Source: Podarcis erhardii (Eukaryota). Taken from it: 64,000 nucleotides of DNA. Positions 9,961 to 21,900 of this stretch are shown here, piece after piece; the first letter of the stretch is position 1, and the number at the start of each line of letters is the position of its first letter. Under the pieces are notes generated by a model, which had not been told where the DNA came from, ran no database searches, and saw only the letters and a list, made by a program, of their open reading frames with translations. The stretch lies in the NCBI GenBank assembly GCA_964252035.1, contig OZ176206.1; one strand, given 5' to 3'. A program made the translations under genes and the position numbers.

Positions 9961-12900
9961 GATGTTTCCAAGAAGCTCAGAGCAGGGCGTGATGGCAGGC
10001 AGCAGGCTTTTTATTTATCCTCCACGGTTGGAGTTGGAGGCAGTTTATGCTTCTGAATGCCAGCTGAGAGAGTTGCTGCTGAGCTCAGGTCCTACTTGCA
10101 TGCTTCCTATAGGCCTCTGGATGGCCATCGTTAAAAGAGAAATGTTGGACTAGATGACCCTTTGGCCTGATCCAGCAGTTAAGCACTTCTTATGTTCTCC
10201 CTACCCCAGCAAATTGTATTCAGTTGAATACCCTCGCAGTATGTGGAGGTTCCACTGCTACCTGTCATAAAGGTAAAGGGACGCCTGACCATTAGGTCCA
10301 GTCATGGCCGACTCTGGGGTTGCGGCGCTCATCTCGCTTTATTGGCTGAGGGAGCCGGTGTACAGCTTCTGGGTCAAGTGGCCAGCATGACTAAGCCGCT
10401 TCTGGCAAACCAGAGCAGCGCATGGAAAAGCCGTTTACCTTCCCGCCATAGCGGTACCTGTTTATCTACTTGCACTTTGACGTGCTTTCGAACTGCTAGG
10501 TTGGCAGGAGCAGGGACCGAGCAACGGGAGCTCACCCCATCGCGGGGTCTGATCGGCAAGCCCTAGGCTCTGTGGTTTAACTCACAGTGCCACCCGCGCC
10601 CCTAGCTGTCATAGCAAATCAGAATTTCCTGACTGATCAGCCCTAAGGTCATGTAGTCCAGCATCCTGTTCCCCATAGTGACCAAGCAAATGCTTTTGGG
10701 AAGTTTAGAAGTAGGACCTGAAGGCAACAGTCCCCCTCCCCCCCCAAAAAAAATGACTTTGTATTGGGAAGCTCTATGTGCCATGAAGTTGTCTAATGTG
10801 CCATGAAGTTGCTTTCTTAAAGCAAGCTGAGCTATTGGCAAATATTGTGTGGTGACATGAAGTTAATTTCTCCATTGCATGAAATGCACTTTCCTGTGAC
10901 TGCTGCTAGTCAGCTTTGTTTCCTGGCCCTGGATTCTAATATTATAAGGGAGAGAGAAAGAAATGGGCCCATTTAATCTCTTTTCTTCTCCTTCCCCCCG
11001 TTTTATAAACTTGGAAAGCCATCATATATAGAATCAGGCCATTGGTCTGTCTAGCCCAGTAATGTCTGAGTGATAGTGGCTCTCTGAAGCATCAAACCAG
11101 AGGGCTTTCCTGGCCCTGCTTTCTAAAGTGTGTTTTACAATAAATTGAACTTGTGGTTTTCTCTATCAAAGCATGACTTATCACCAGGCTGTGGTGTTTC
11201 CCTTTTATATGATAAGTGAAAGAATCCATACCTCTGCATTATTCTGCAATTCTGCAAAATAAAACAAACATAACCTGTGCTTTTATTTCACGGAATGATT
11301 AGGGAATGTGTCCTATTTGTTCAACTGGACTAATTTTTACCTGCACAGATAACCAATGAAGAAGCAGAGGATGATGTAGCATCTAAAGAGGACAAAGATG
11401 ATTCCAGGCTGCAGGAGGAGGGTGACACAGGGAACAAAGAAGGTCTCAAGACTGACAGGCGGAGAGAAGGAGACGAGACAGAGCAACCGGACCAGATGGC
11501 AAGTACCCTGTAGGCAGCTGGGACAGTAACACACATAACTGTGCAAAAGAGTAGTGAGTGCCCCAGATGTATCCCTGGAAAAGGCAGGGTGCTCTTTCCT
11601 TGGGAAACCCTTATACATATAATGTGAGGCTGTATAGATTCTGCTTCCTGGACAGGAAGACTGCTGTGACATAAACTCCTGACAAACTTTACTTTCAGGA
11701 GTCAGATGTGCTACATGATTGCATCTAATTCCTAGGATAGCCACTATACAAATGTGTCCTGTGTGTTAGAATGTGTGAATCAAGAGATGATTTATTTAAA
11801 AAGAAATGCTGAAGTAATGCTGAAGTTTTTCTCAGGACTAGATCCCTTAGTTATGTTTCTGCTTCTGATTTGATGTTGCAATATATATATCTTAATTGTA
11901 CCATTCACTTTTATTTTTAAAAGCCTATTTCAAATAACAAATCACGAAAGAAAAAGAAGAAAAGAAAGAATAAGAAGACTGCGTCTGGCGAGTCTCTGGT
12001 AAATATGAACTAGGTTTATGGGTTTAGCACCCAGAGGGGGATGCCAAGTGAGGCTGGCTAATGCATATAGGAAGGATAAGACAGGGCTAGATGAATCCCA
12101 CCCTCCTGGCCCCCTTGGGATTTGAAATATTTATATACCCTTGTGTAGGATTGGCTCTTTAAAATGTGGGAACGTAATTCCAGCCCCAGTGAAAGCTGAC
12201 CAGCTAGATGTAGTGAACAGAGACTAGATGTCATGACAGATACACAGCCACACCATATTAGTAGAAGAGGGTGAAGAAATTTGTGCTAGGACAAGTTAAA
12301 GCAGTATGTTTGGGTACGTGGAAGGCATTACAGACAGCTCCTTTATCAGCGGCTGAATCTCAGAATATTGCAGCTTTCCTTGTAAACTTTCATGTTTCTT
12401 AACAGTGCCCTGGAGATGAGGACGATGCAGAAGACATTGAAAGCATCCTTGTGAGGATTGAGAACTCCAGTGGGCCACCTTGCCAGAGCCAGAGCACAGT
12501 TATCACGGACCATCGGCCTTTGCTCTACATAGAGCACAGGTAAGAAGCCGAGTCCTACGAAGGCGTTTTCCTAACCTAGGGACACTTGGGACTGGGAGCA
12601 AGTTGACCAAGTGAAGTCTGTGGCTTGTGGAATGTTTGTGGGAGGAACCAAAATTCCTGCACAAAAGTACTTTTGCTTTAGAACGGAGGTGGCTAAGCTG
12701 CAGCCTTCCGTATGTTGCTGGCCTACTGCTCTCATCATCCCTGACCATTGGCCATGCTCAATGGTCACAAGTTTCCTCCTCTGCTTTAGAGAGTGTTGTT
12801 AGAGCTTTTGTTGCTTCCTTTTCTCCATTTGTTTTGCATTTAGACACCATTCACAGAAGTCCTTTATCTTCCTGATAAAGTCCCTGTTTTATACTGTCAC

Positions 12901-15900
12901 ATCCACATGTATTCTGTGTGCTGTGGAGGTTTTTGGAGCTTGGTCTTTATTTGCCAACAAAGTACCTTCAAGCATGCAGACTGTATGTCTTCCCCAAAGA
13001 TGAATGGGGAAAACAATCAGGCTCAGTGAGCAACTCGTGTCTGGGAGTTGAGGCATGTTTTGCCACCTACCTTAGATTTTCCCAGTTGCTGCTTTGTAAA
13101 CTATTAAAGAGATTGGAGAAGGATCTGGTTGCTGCTGTGGGGAGTAGGAGTCCATGCTAGATGGCAGCATGTTATAGCCAAGGTAGTACCCGTCAGATGT
13201 TGTGGACTGCAGCATCTCGATGAGTATTGGCCATACTATCTGGGGCTGATGGGAGTTGTGGTCTGCAGCATTTGGAGGGCACCATGTTGCATATTCTAGA
13301 CTTAACGGCATGTCCTCCAGCCATACCAACCAGCACTTCTTGCACCTCCTGTGCTGCTGCTACAACAGTGTCTCCAAATCCTTGGCCTGTGAAGTTACAC
13401 CTGGAAAGGGAGAGCTGAAGCAGCTCAGTAGATGTTCCGTGTGTGTGTGTGTGTGTGTGTTTATCCCTCCCAGAAAATAAGGCATGCCTCACAGGAAGCT
13501 CAATGCAAATACAATGAATTGTTGTCTTTTAAAATCATACATGTGTGGTTTATCCTCAAAAAGTGGTAGCGGTTGTGGTAGGCAATAATTGAACAATGGA
13601 ACTTGAGCATCTCTTCTTCACCTACTCTGGTGGCTAAATTGTCTTGCCTCTTCCTATTTCAGCTTTTGCTTCTCCTCAGACTCCATGCACTTCTCAATAG
13701 TCCTCCCACTAGTCTTTGGTAAAACTTCTCAAAAGTCTGTGGAAAAACTGAACTTTTTAAAAAACAAACAAACATATTTTTATTAAGGATTTCTTGGTTT
13801 ACAAAAGTTATGTGCAATGTCTCTTTTTTCCAGTTACATTTTCTACAGATCAGTTTCATTTGTTGAGACATTAGTGTAACATTAGGAAGAAAAGGGGGGA
13901 AGAGGTGGAGGGGGCATGATGAGTCGGGGTGGGATCAGGTGGCAATGCTTCTATTCTACTTAGTGTATGAAAAGCTGAACTTTTGAAGTAGCATGCGTTA
14001 TGTAGAAGGGCAGATCAAATTACAAGCTTCCCTCAGTTTATTATTACTGCAGCATTTTACATGAATGACACACCATTTTCACTCTGACCATTGAAATGTC
14101 TTCCTTAAGCCCTCCTTTCACTTGGGGGGGGGGTAGTGGACCTCCTGCGTATTTCAAACCTTTCTCCACAACAGGGGTCAGAAATATATTTGGATCAAAA
14201 CAGAGAGTTGCATTCTGAGAGGTTAGAATTCTGCACCGTATTTCAGAGAGTGCAACTGAATTCCATCCCTGTTTACAGTTGCTTGTAGGATTGCTGGCAG
14301 TTTAGTGGTGTGTTAGATGTCTTGCACTGTTTGATCAAGAGAGGGCAGTATTGGCACTTTCTGTTTCGAAGCTATTTTGTAGCAATACTGAAAGGGCAAG
14401 GAGTGGTGAGATGAAAATACAGTATTAAGCTGCCCTGCTTCTTGCTGTGTTTGTTTACTGTGGTCTTTATTGCTTCTGCCCTTTTAAATATAGCCTCTGC
14501 TCCTCCAGTAGTAGAGATAAGTGAAACACTCAGAAGAGGTATGGAAAGAAACGTAAGGCTAGGTAGGGTATTTCAGCAAAGGGGTTGCTGAATATACCTT
14601 TTGGGAAGGGCCTCTGCCATGTCTCCCTTCCTGTAAGCTTGAATCTGTCTCCCAGAACATCTTCATCAGGGATAGGAGAATTTGTGGCCCTCCAGATGTT
14701 GCTGAACTCCAACTTCCATCATCCATGACCATTGGCCAGCAATCTGGAGAGCCATGGGTTTCCTGTCCCTGACTTACGCCTAAGCAAACTGAAACAAATT
14801 GGTGTTTGTCACCCGGTTGCCTCTGGTTCCATCTCTGCTCCTTCTCTTGTTGCATAAGAAGAGCCCTCTTAGAACAGGCCAAAGGCCTATCTAGTTCTCA
14901 AAGTGGCGAATCAAATGCCCAGGGGAAGCCCAGAAGCAGGACCTGAGGACAACAGCGCTCTCCCCATCTGCTGCTGAATTTTAGATTGTAAGCTTCTCAG
15001 GGCACAGACCTGTTTCTTGTTCTTTGTATATAATTAATAGAAATAATTAATATAAATAAATAAATAGGTGGATTTGTATTACATTTTTTTCCCAGGAACT
15101 TGAATCCAGAAACAGAGCTGAAGAGATATTTTGGGGCCCGAGCAGTTCTTGGTGATCAGAGGTAAGTTCAAACTCTAGAAGTGTGAAGCATATGCTTAGT
15201 TAGGTCCTGTGGGAGACTAAAGCATCTGCCAGTTGTCTTATAAAAACATACTTTTTGCTTAAGCCTCTTAGGCTGAGGAACTTTGAATGCCTCTTGCTTA
15301 ACACTCCACTTTTAGACTGTCTCTGAGACAAGGGATGTTGTGGAGATCTCAGACATCACAGAGTGCTGAAGACGAGGGAAATGGGACATCAGCACAATAG
15401 CTTCAGTGTTTCCTTAGAGATAGTGTCAGTTTTTAACCCTTTGTGCTAATCTAAACAATTGCTTTAAAGCCCAGCCTACAAGTGTGAGGTGCCTGGATGC
15501 GGACAAGTACTTGTAGGTCGTTCGGATGTGGTAGGAAAGAGGACATGGTGGTGACTTTGAACCATGATTATGCTTGCTGTTCAAGTGCAGGAAGCAGCCT
15601 ATAATTTCTTCAGGAAGGCAGGGAGCCAACATAGATATCTGAAGGTTCAGGAGGCATGGTCCCAGTTCTGGTAGGCGCAAGCCAGTAGCGTGCTGCTGTC
15701 CTAAATACCTGTCCTGTTGAGCTTCTTTTCCCTCACCACCTTGCCATTCCCCAAGTATCAATCAGCTGAATTTACTGAGGCGCTACATATGACTCTCTGG
15801 TTTGTTTACAAAGAGCGCATGAGCAGCTTGCAGCTTCAGAGTTAAACAAATTTCCTCTCTGCGTGGGAGATCTTGTGGGTGTTTGCTTCGTTTTGGTGCA

Positions 15901-18900
15901 TTTTGTAATTTTTTGTGCTGTGCTAGTAGTTGGTGCTTATAGTGCTGTTTGCTTCAGCAAGATAGCGGCAACTACTGGCAGAGCACAGCAAAGTGTAGAG
16001 CAACCTTCACTAACCTGGTGCCCTGGTTTGGACTGCAGTTCCCATCAGCCCCAGTCAGCAAACTTGTACTGACTGTGGCTGATGGAGGTTGTGGGAGACA
16101 ACAGGTGGGGAAAGCCTGAAACAGAGAGAAATCTGCTAATGAAAAAGATGGCTTTCTAGTTATGTGGGAAGGAGATGATATCTGACCTTCCTAATTCTGA
16201 GAGACCAGGTTGCATTTTTTTTCTTCTCATGTTATTTGTATATCACAAAAATAGCATTAAAAAATTGCAGTAATATATATAATGTATGGTTCATTATTAG
16301 TGGCCGGTACCAGATTATATTTATGATACACAAGCAGGTAGCCACAGGAGGAAGCCAGGGTAGGTCAGTCACATGAAAGAGTCCTTTCATGGTAAAAGAA
16401 TGCTCCAAATGAAGCCATCAGCCATGTGGACTAGAAGACCAATCTGGAAATTAGATAAGGGCTCAGGTAAATAAATGCCCCTTAAGACAGGGCTCATTGG
16501 AAATCTGGATAGGAGATGAAATGCTGAGCCATCATATGGAGCAGATTGAAAATTGCATTTTTTGTTCTGTTTTTAATGTTTTATTGTGGGGGGATTACTG
16601 TGTGTATTTTTATTGTTTTATTGGAATGTGGCCACCCTGAGATTGTTTGCATTAAAGAATGGGATAAAAATTTTATAAATAAAATAAATATCAAAAGTAA
16701 TTTTCATCAGTATGTTCAGCTAAAATAACATTGTATTTTAATATTTTGTTGGAAGCCGCCCAGAGTGGCTAGGGAAACCCCTCCAGATGGGTGGGGTATA
16801 AATAATAATAAATAATAATTATTATTGTTATTATTTTATTTTGCCTGAGTGTCTCTGTTTGTTTGTGTATGTGTCTCTGTCTGTGTCACTGTGGTAAACC
16901 TTGTGGTATTCATTGGTCTTGCATTCAGTCTCCAAGTTCTATTTCTTCTGCAGGCCACGGCAGAGGCAGCGCCAGTATGTCCGCAGCACGTGGCTGACAG
17001 TGCCTAAGAACACTTGGCCACGCCATAGCAAAACAGGTGAGAGGCTTTCCCCGCTTCCCTCAGGTGCTCTGTGCACTCCCACTGGCTTAAACATCTGCAT
17101 TGGGAACACATGCCTGGTTGCTGATTACATCTTCATAGATGTTATTTTAGTGCTATCTTCCCCTTCCACTTAGTTTCCTCCAGATGTTTTGGACTAGAAC
17201 TCCCATCATTCCCAGCCAATTTGGGGCAGGCTGCTTTATTTTGTGTGTGAGGAAGTACATCTTCACATGTCAAGTAGCAGGACTGCATGTGCTGAGCTGA
17301 CATGTAGGAGCAGTGTTTGTACAGTGGTGCCCCGCAAGACGAATGCCTCGCAAGACGAAAAACTCGCTAGACGAAAGAGTTTTCCGTTTTTTGAGGTGCT
17401 TTGCAAGACGAATTTCCCTATGGGCTTGCGAGTTCTTTCGAGTTTGTTTCCTTTTTCTTAAAGCCGCTAAGCCGTTAATAGCCGCTAATAGCCGTGCTTC
17501 GCAAGACGAAAAAACCGCAAGACGAAGAGACTCGCGGAACAGATTAATTTCGTCTTGCGAGGCACCACTGTATGTCACTCCACCCACCTTTCTCTTTCTG
17601 TGACCAAAAGGAGGTCTCTTCCTCTGTGCACAGTCTAGCTTTCTGGAAGATGTTGGAAAGGAAAATTTATCTCCTTACCCAAGTATCTATAACCCTGATT
17701 GCCCACACTTCTTTGCCTGTGTGCTTGCTTGGAATCTCAATTTGTTTTTAAGCCTAGAGAAAGCAAGAATCCTTGCTTTGGCGCAAGGGCAGGAAACCTT
17801 TGACCTTCCAGGTGTTGCTGAACTACCACTCCCATCAGCCCCAGAAAGCATGGCCAGTAGCCAGGAATGATGGGAGTTGTGGTTCAGCAACATCTATAGC
17901 AGCCTTCCTAAACCTTGGGTTCTTAGATGTTGTTGGACTCCAACTCCCCCTAGGGAGTCAACTAACAGAACTAGTTAAGTTGGGTTGGGCATGTTCCCTT
18001 AGGTGCTGTAAATATATTGCATCGTGCATTAACAGCCCTCTTTCTCTCCCTTTCCCATCCCCAATTCTGCCTAGGCATATCCATGGCGCTGCTAGAAACA
18101 AAGCGAGGGGTACAACACTTTGCATTTGAGCACCATCGTGAATACCAGCAGGTGCAGTTCAAGTTCTTGGATGCCGTGGAGTCCATGGATCCAAACAATC
18201 TGGTGGTAGGTTCTCAATCGGACAAGGCCCTGCTGTGATGATCAGAACCACTTGTAAGAATGGCAGCCATTTTTGCTGTTGCCAGTACCTGGTCTCTGAA
18301 CATCCAGCAGTCTGCCAACCTGTATTGTATCAGGCGATCGTGTGTTGAACGTTTTACAAGAAGGACCCTCCTGTGTCAGAGCAATGGTCCAGGTAGCTCA
18401 GCATTCCATCTGTGGAATTGCTCTGACCCAAGGCTGGCAGTGGCCACTGTAGGAGGTTCACAAGCAGGGCAGGTATACTGTGATGTCCTTATACTCTAGT
18501 GGTCAGAGGCGGACAGCTGGAAAAAGTGGTTGCGGCCAGCGTGGGCAAGAAGTGCCATGTCTTGGGACCAAATGAGATGTTTCTTTGCTCACGTAGTTTG
18601 CCATGGTTTGCAGGGGCAGGGAGCCAAATCAGATTGTATCCCTTTGCCCCATAGCCACAGTCATGATCATAATTTCTCCTCTCCATGCACAACCTGATGG
18701 GGAGATTCCTTTGGTATTCCCCATCAGCAAACAGAATAATTGAATTGTAGGCATGGGTGGGTGAGCGATTCTGGTTGTGAATGTGACAGGGGGAAATGGT
18801 TAAGAAGGCTCCTTCCCCTTCTGTTTTTAAACTCAAACACAGCAGAAAACAAACTGCATGACAAGTGTCTTGTCTAGTTTGGTCTTCGGAGTACAGGACA

Positions 18901-21900
18901 ATGAGTTTGTTATTACATGGAGATATATGACAAAAAATGGCAAACCCTGCTGCATTCTGGGTTCTAGTCCTTCACGGTACATAGCATAGTCACAGATCCT
19001 GCATCCTTTTGCCCAGATCTTATGCACAATGTTTGCCCATGTTTGTAAGATTTGGACTGAAGGGTTCAGTGACTAAAGAGACCCTTGATGGTGGTGGGTT
19101 TCTAAAGCATTATCTGCTGCCATGTTTTTGTGTCTTGGAATATTTTGCTACTAGTGACTGATGTTTTCACTTAATCCTTTTCCAAAAGCAAGCTATATTG
19201 GTAGCATCACAACAGCCTGAGGCAGTGAATTCCAAAGGCTGACTCTATTTTGTGGGAGGGTAGCTGGAAGTTCCTCCTTTGTATCTCTCTTTCTGAAAAT
19301 TCAAAAATCACTTTGGGGATTGCGATATAATTATGTTCGTTGACGCTTTGGTCTGTACTCCTGGTCCTGTGGGGAATCATAGAGTTGAAATGAAAGCCCA
19401 AGGGTCATCTAGTCCAGCCCTCTGCAATGCAGGAATCTCAGCTAAAGCATTCATGACAGATGGTCATCCAACCTCTCCATTGAAGGAGAGTCCACACCTC
19501 CCAAGGGAGTCTGCTCCACTGTCAAACAGCTCTTACTGTCAGAAAGTTCTTGGTGGTGTTTAGTCTCAATCTGCTTTCTTGTAACTTGAAGTCATTGGTT
19601 CGGGAAGAGGCAGTCTGTTCTGTTACTCTATGGAGCAGAAATCTGATGTGGAACAAGGCTCTCCTGCAGTGCAGAGGTTGCCCTGCCTGTCATAAAGGAA
19701 CTTGATTTCCACATTGGGCTTGCAGCCATTGTTGTTGACCTTGATGAACTCATCCATAAAGCAAGCCCCTGGCTGAGGACGCCCCTCCTGTCTGGGACAG
19801 AAGGTGGGGGTGAGCAAGGAGAGCGCTGAGTGGATTCTAACAAGCAAGATTTGAATAGGCAGCTGTGCTATTTTTAAACTTCTTTTTCCAGATTTGAAGA
19901 AAGGAGTGCCTAATTTCTCTTGGTACTTTAGCAGAACAGGCTCTGCTTTGAGGCTTTACTGACCATATCCTGGTGAATTAAGTTGGGCAACAACTTTGAT
20001 GGTACACACAAAGCAGGCAAATCATTCTTGCCCTAATATTAGCATAATCAGGACATTGAGCTTGGAGAGCCCCCAGCCTCCCCCCCTTCCCCTTCCCCGA
20101 TGAGGGCAAACACGGCTATTTGAAACTTCACTGTTCTGTTTTTTAGATAGAAGACCCTTTGTCTGGGGAAGACTCACGCTTTGCACTCTCACCACTCATT
20201 GCTTGGGCATGGGATCTGTGCTTGATGGGCGTCTTTGGCTTGGGGAAAAACAGAAGGCAGCAGCTAGAAGCTGCAGCTTTGCAAATTCAGATGACACTCA
20301 GTTGTCGCAATGCAAGCCTTGGCACAGTGGGTCATGGTCAGACCAAATGTCTGCTGAGTTCAGCATTCTGTGGCCTACAAGTGGTCAGACAGATACCCCA
20401 CAACTAGAGCTGGGTGGTCCTGTTATTTCCCAGCTAATTGTGATCGGGATAGGGGTGGGTTGAGGTTGCGATTTGCAGGCATCAAAGCTTATGCTGTGTG
20501 CAGCCCCTTAGGCATGGTACGACCCTGTTCTGTCCTGTCCCACCAGCATGTGCCACCCCCACACCACACTGCAGCTACCTTTGCTTCCTTCAGCTCCAAG
20601 GGGTTAGGCCCTTGTTGACCAATTGACTAGTCAAGATGTCCTAGTGTAACTCCTCAGGTCATCAACTGCCTCACAGTACAAGTTCTGAAATTAGTTGTCT
20701 CGTATGCATATGGTGGTGCCTAATCAGGCTGACTGAAAACTTTGTAGTGATCCTGGTCAGCCCCTCCCCACCCCCACCCCGGAGATCCCTCTCTAATCTT
20801 AGATCTGTTTTCTTGCACCATTCACAGTTGATGGGCTTGGGAGTTCATTCAAGGTGAAGTGCAGCCCATTGCAATTTCACTTAATACACCACTTCGGAGC
20901 AATCAAAGAACTGAATGTTTCACATCTTGGAGTAATTGTTTGTTCCCTAGCCTGTTATTATGTAGCCGGCTGTTTTCATGAAAAGTCATCCTCCGGATCA
21001 ATAAAATATGAAGAGAAGGAAATGGCCATGTCACAGATTTCAAAATGCTTGCTTCATCTGTCTGCTTTCAGCTTTTGCTCCAGATGAACCCTTCGCATGT
21101 AGACTCACTCTTACAGCTCAGTGACGTCTGTCGGATGCAGGAGGACCAGGAGATGGCCAGAGACCTTGTCGGTAAGAAGCTGAGGGCAGCCAGAGTAGAA
21201 GCTGGGAGGGCTGTGCTGTGTTGCTTGAGCTACTCCTGAAATTATGGTTCTCCCCAAAACGGAGGAGGGAGTCTAGAAGGATGCATGTGTTCTAAAGAGG
21301 GCCATGCCTTACAGAATAGGGGATTGTGGGAGCCATATGTGTCACCAGCTAGTAATCCAGAGCATTGCTCTTCACTCCCTGGGATGCAACTGTTTCATAG
21401 GACACCTGGATTAGGAAGCACCTTCCAATTCCTCTTTAGAGTCAGACTTGAAGGGAACAGGGCCTTCTCATTTGTGGCACCTCATCTATGAAGTCCCCTT
21501 TCAGTTCATCATGTTCCCACTCTAGCCATTTCGATAACAGTAGAATACTAATTTTAGTAGTTCTAGCATTTAGTGGAATCTGGGTTTAATGCTGATTTGA
21601 CAGAAATGGGTTAATATTTTAACAACAACAAAAACTCCAAAGATGAGTGGTGTCTCCTGCCTCCAGGACAGGGGTAACCAATATAGCGTCCTCCAGATGT
21701 TATTGATCCACAACTCCCAGCATCACCAATGGTCAGAGATGATGGAAGTTGCAGCCTACAACATCCAGGTGGCATCATGTTAGCTACCCCTGCTCTGGTG
21801 CTACAGGAGGGAACACACACACCAATTTCCTAGGTAGCTTGGACCAGAGTGGGATTGCTTTTGCGGCTACCTCTGCCTGACCTTTTTGCTGCCACCTAAA

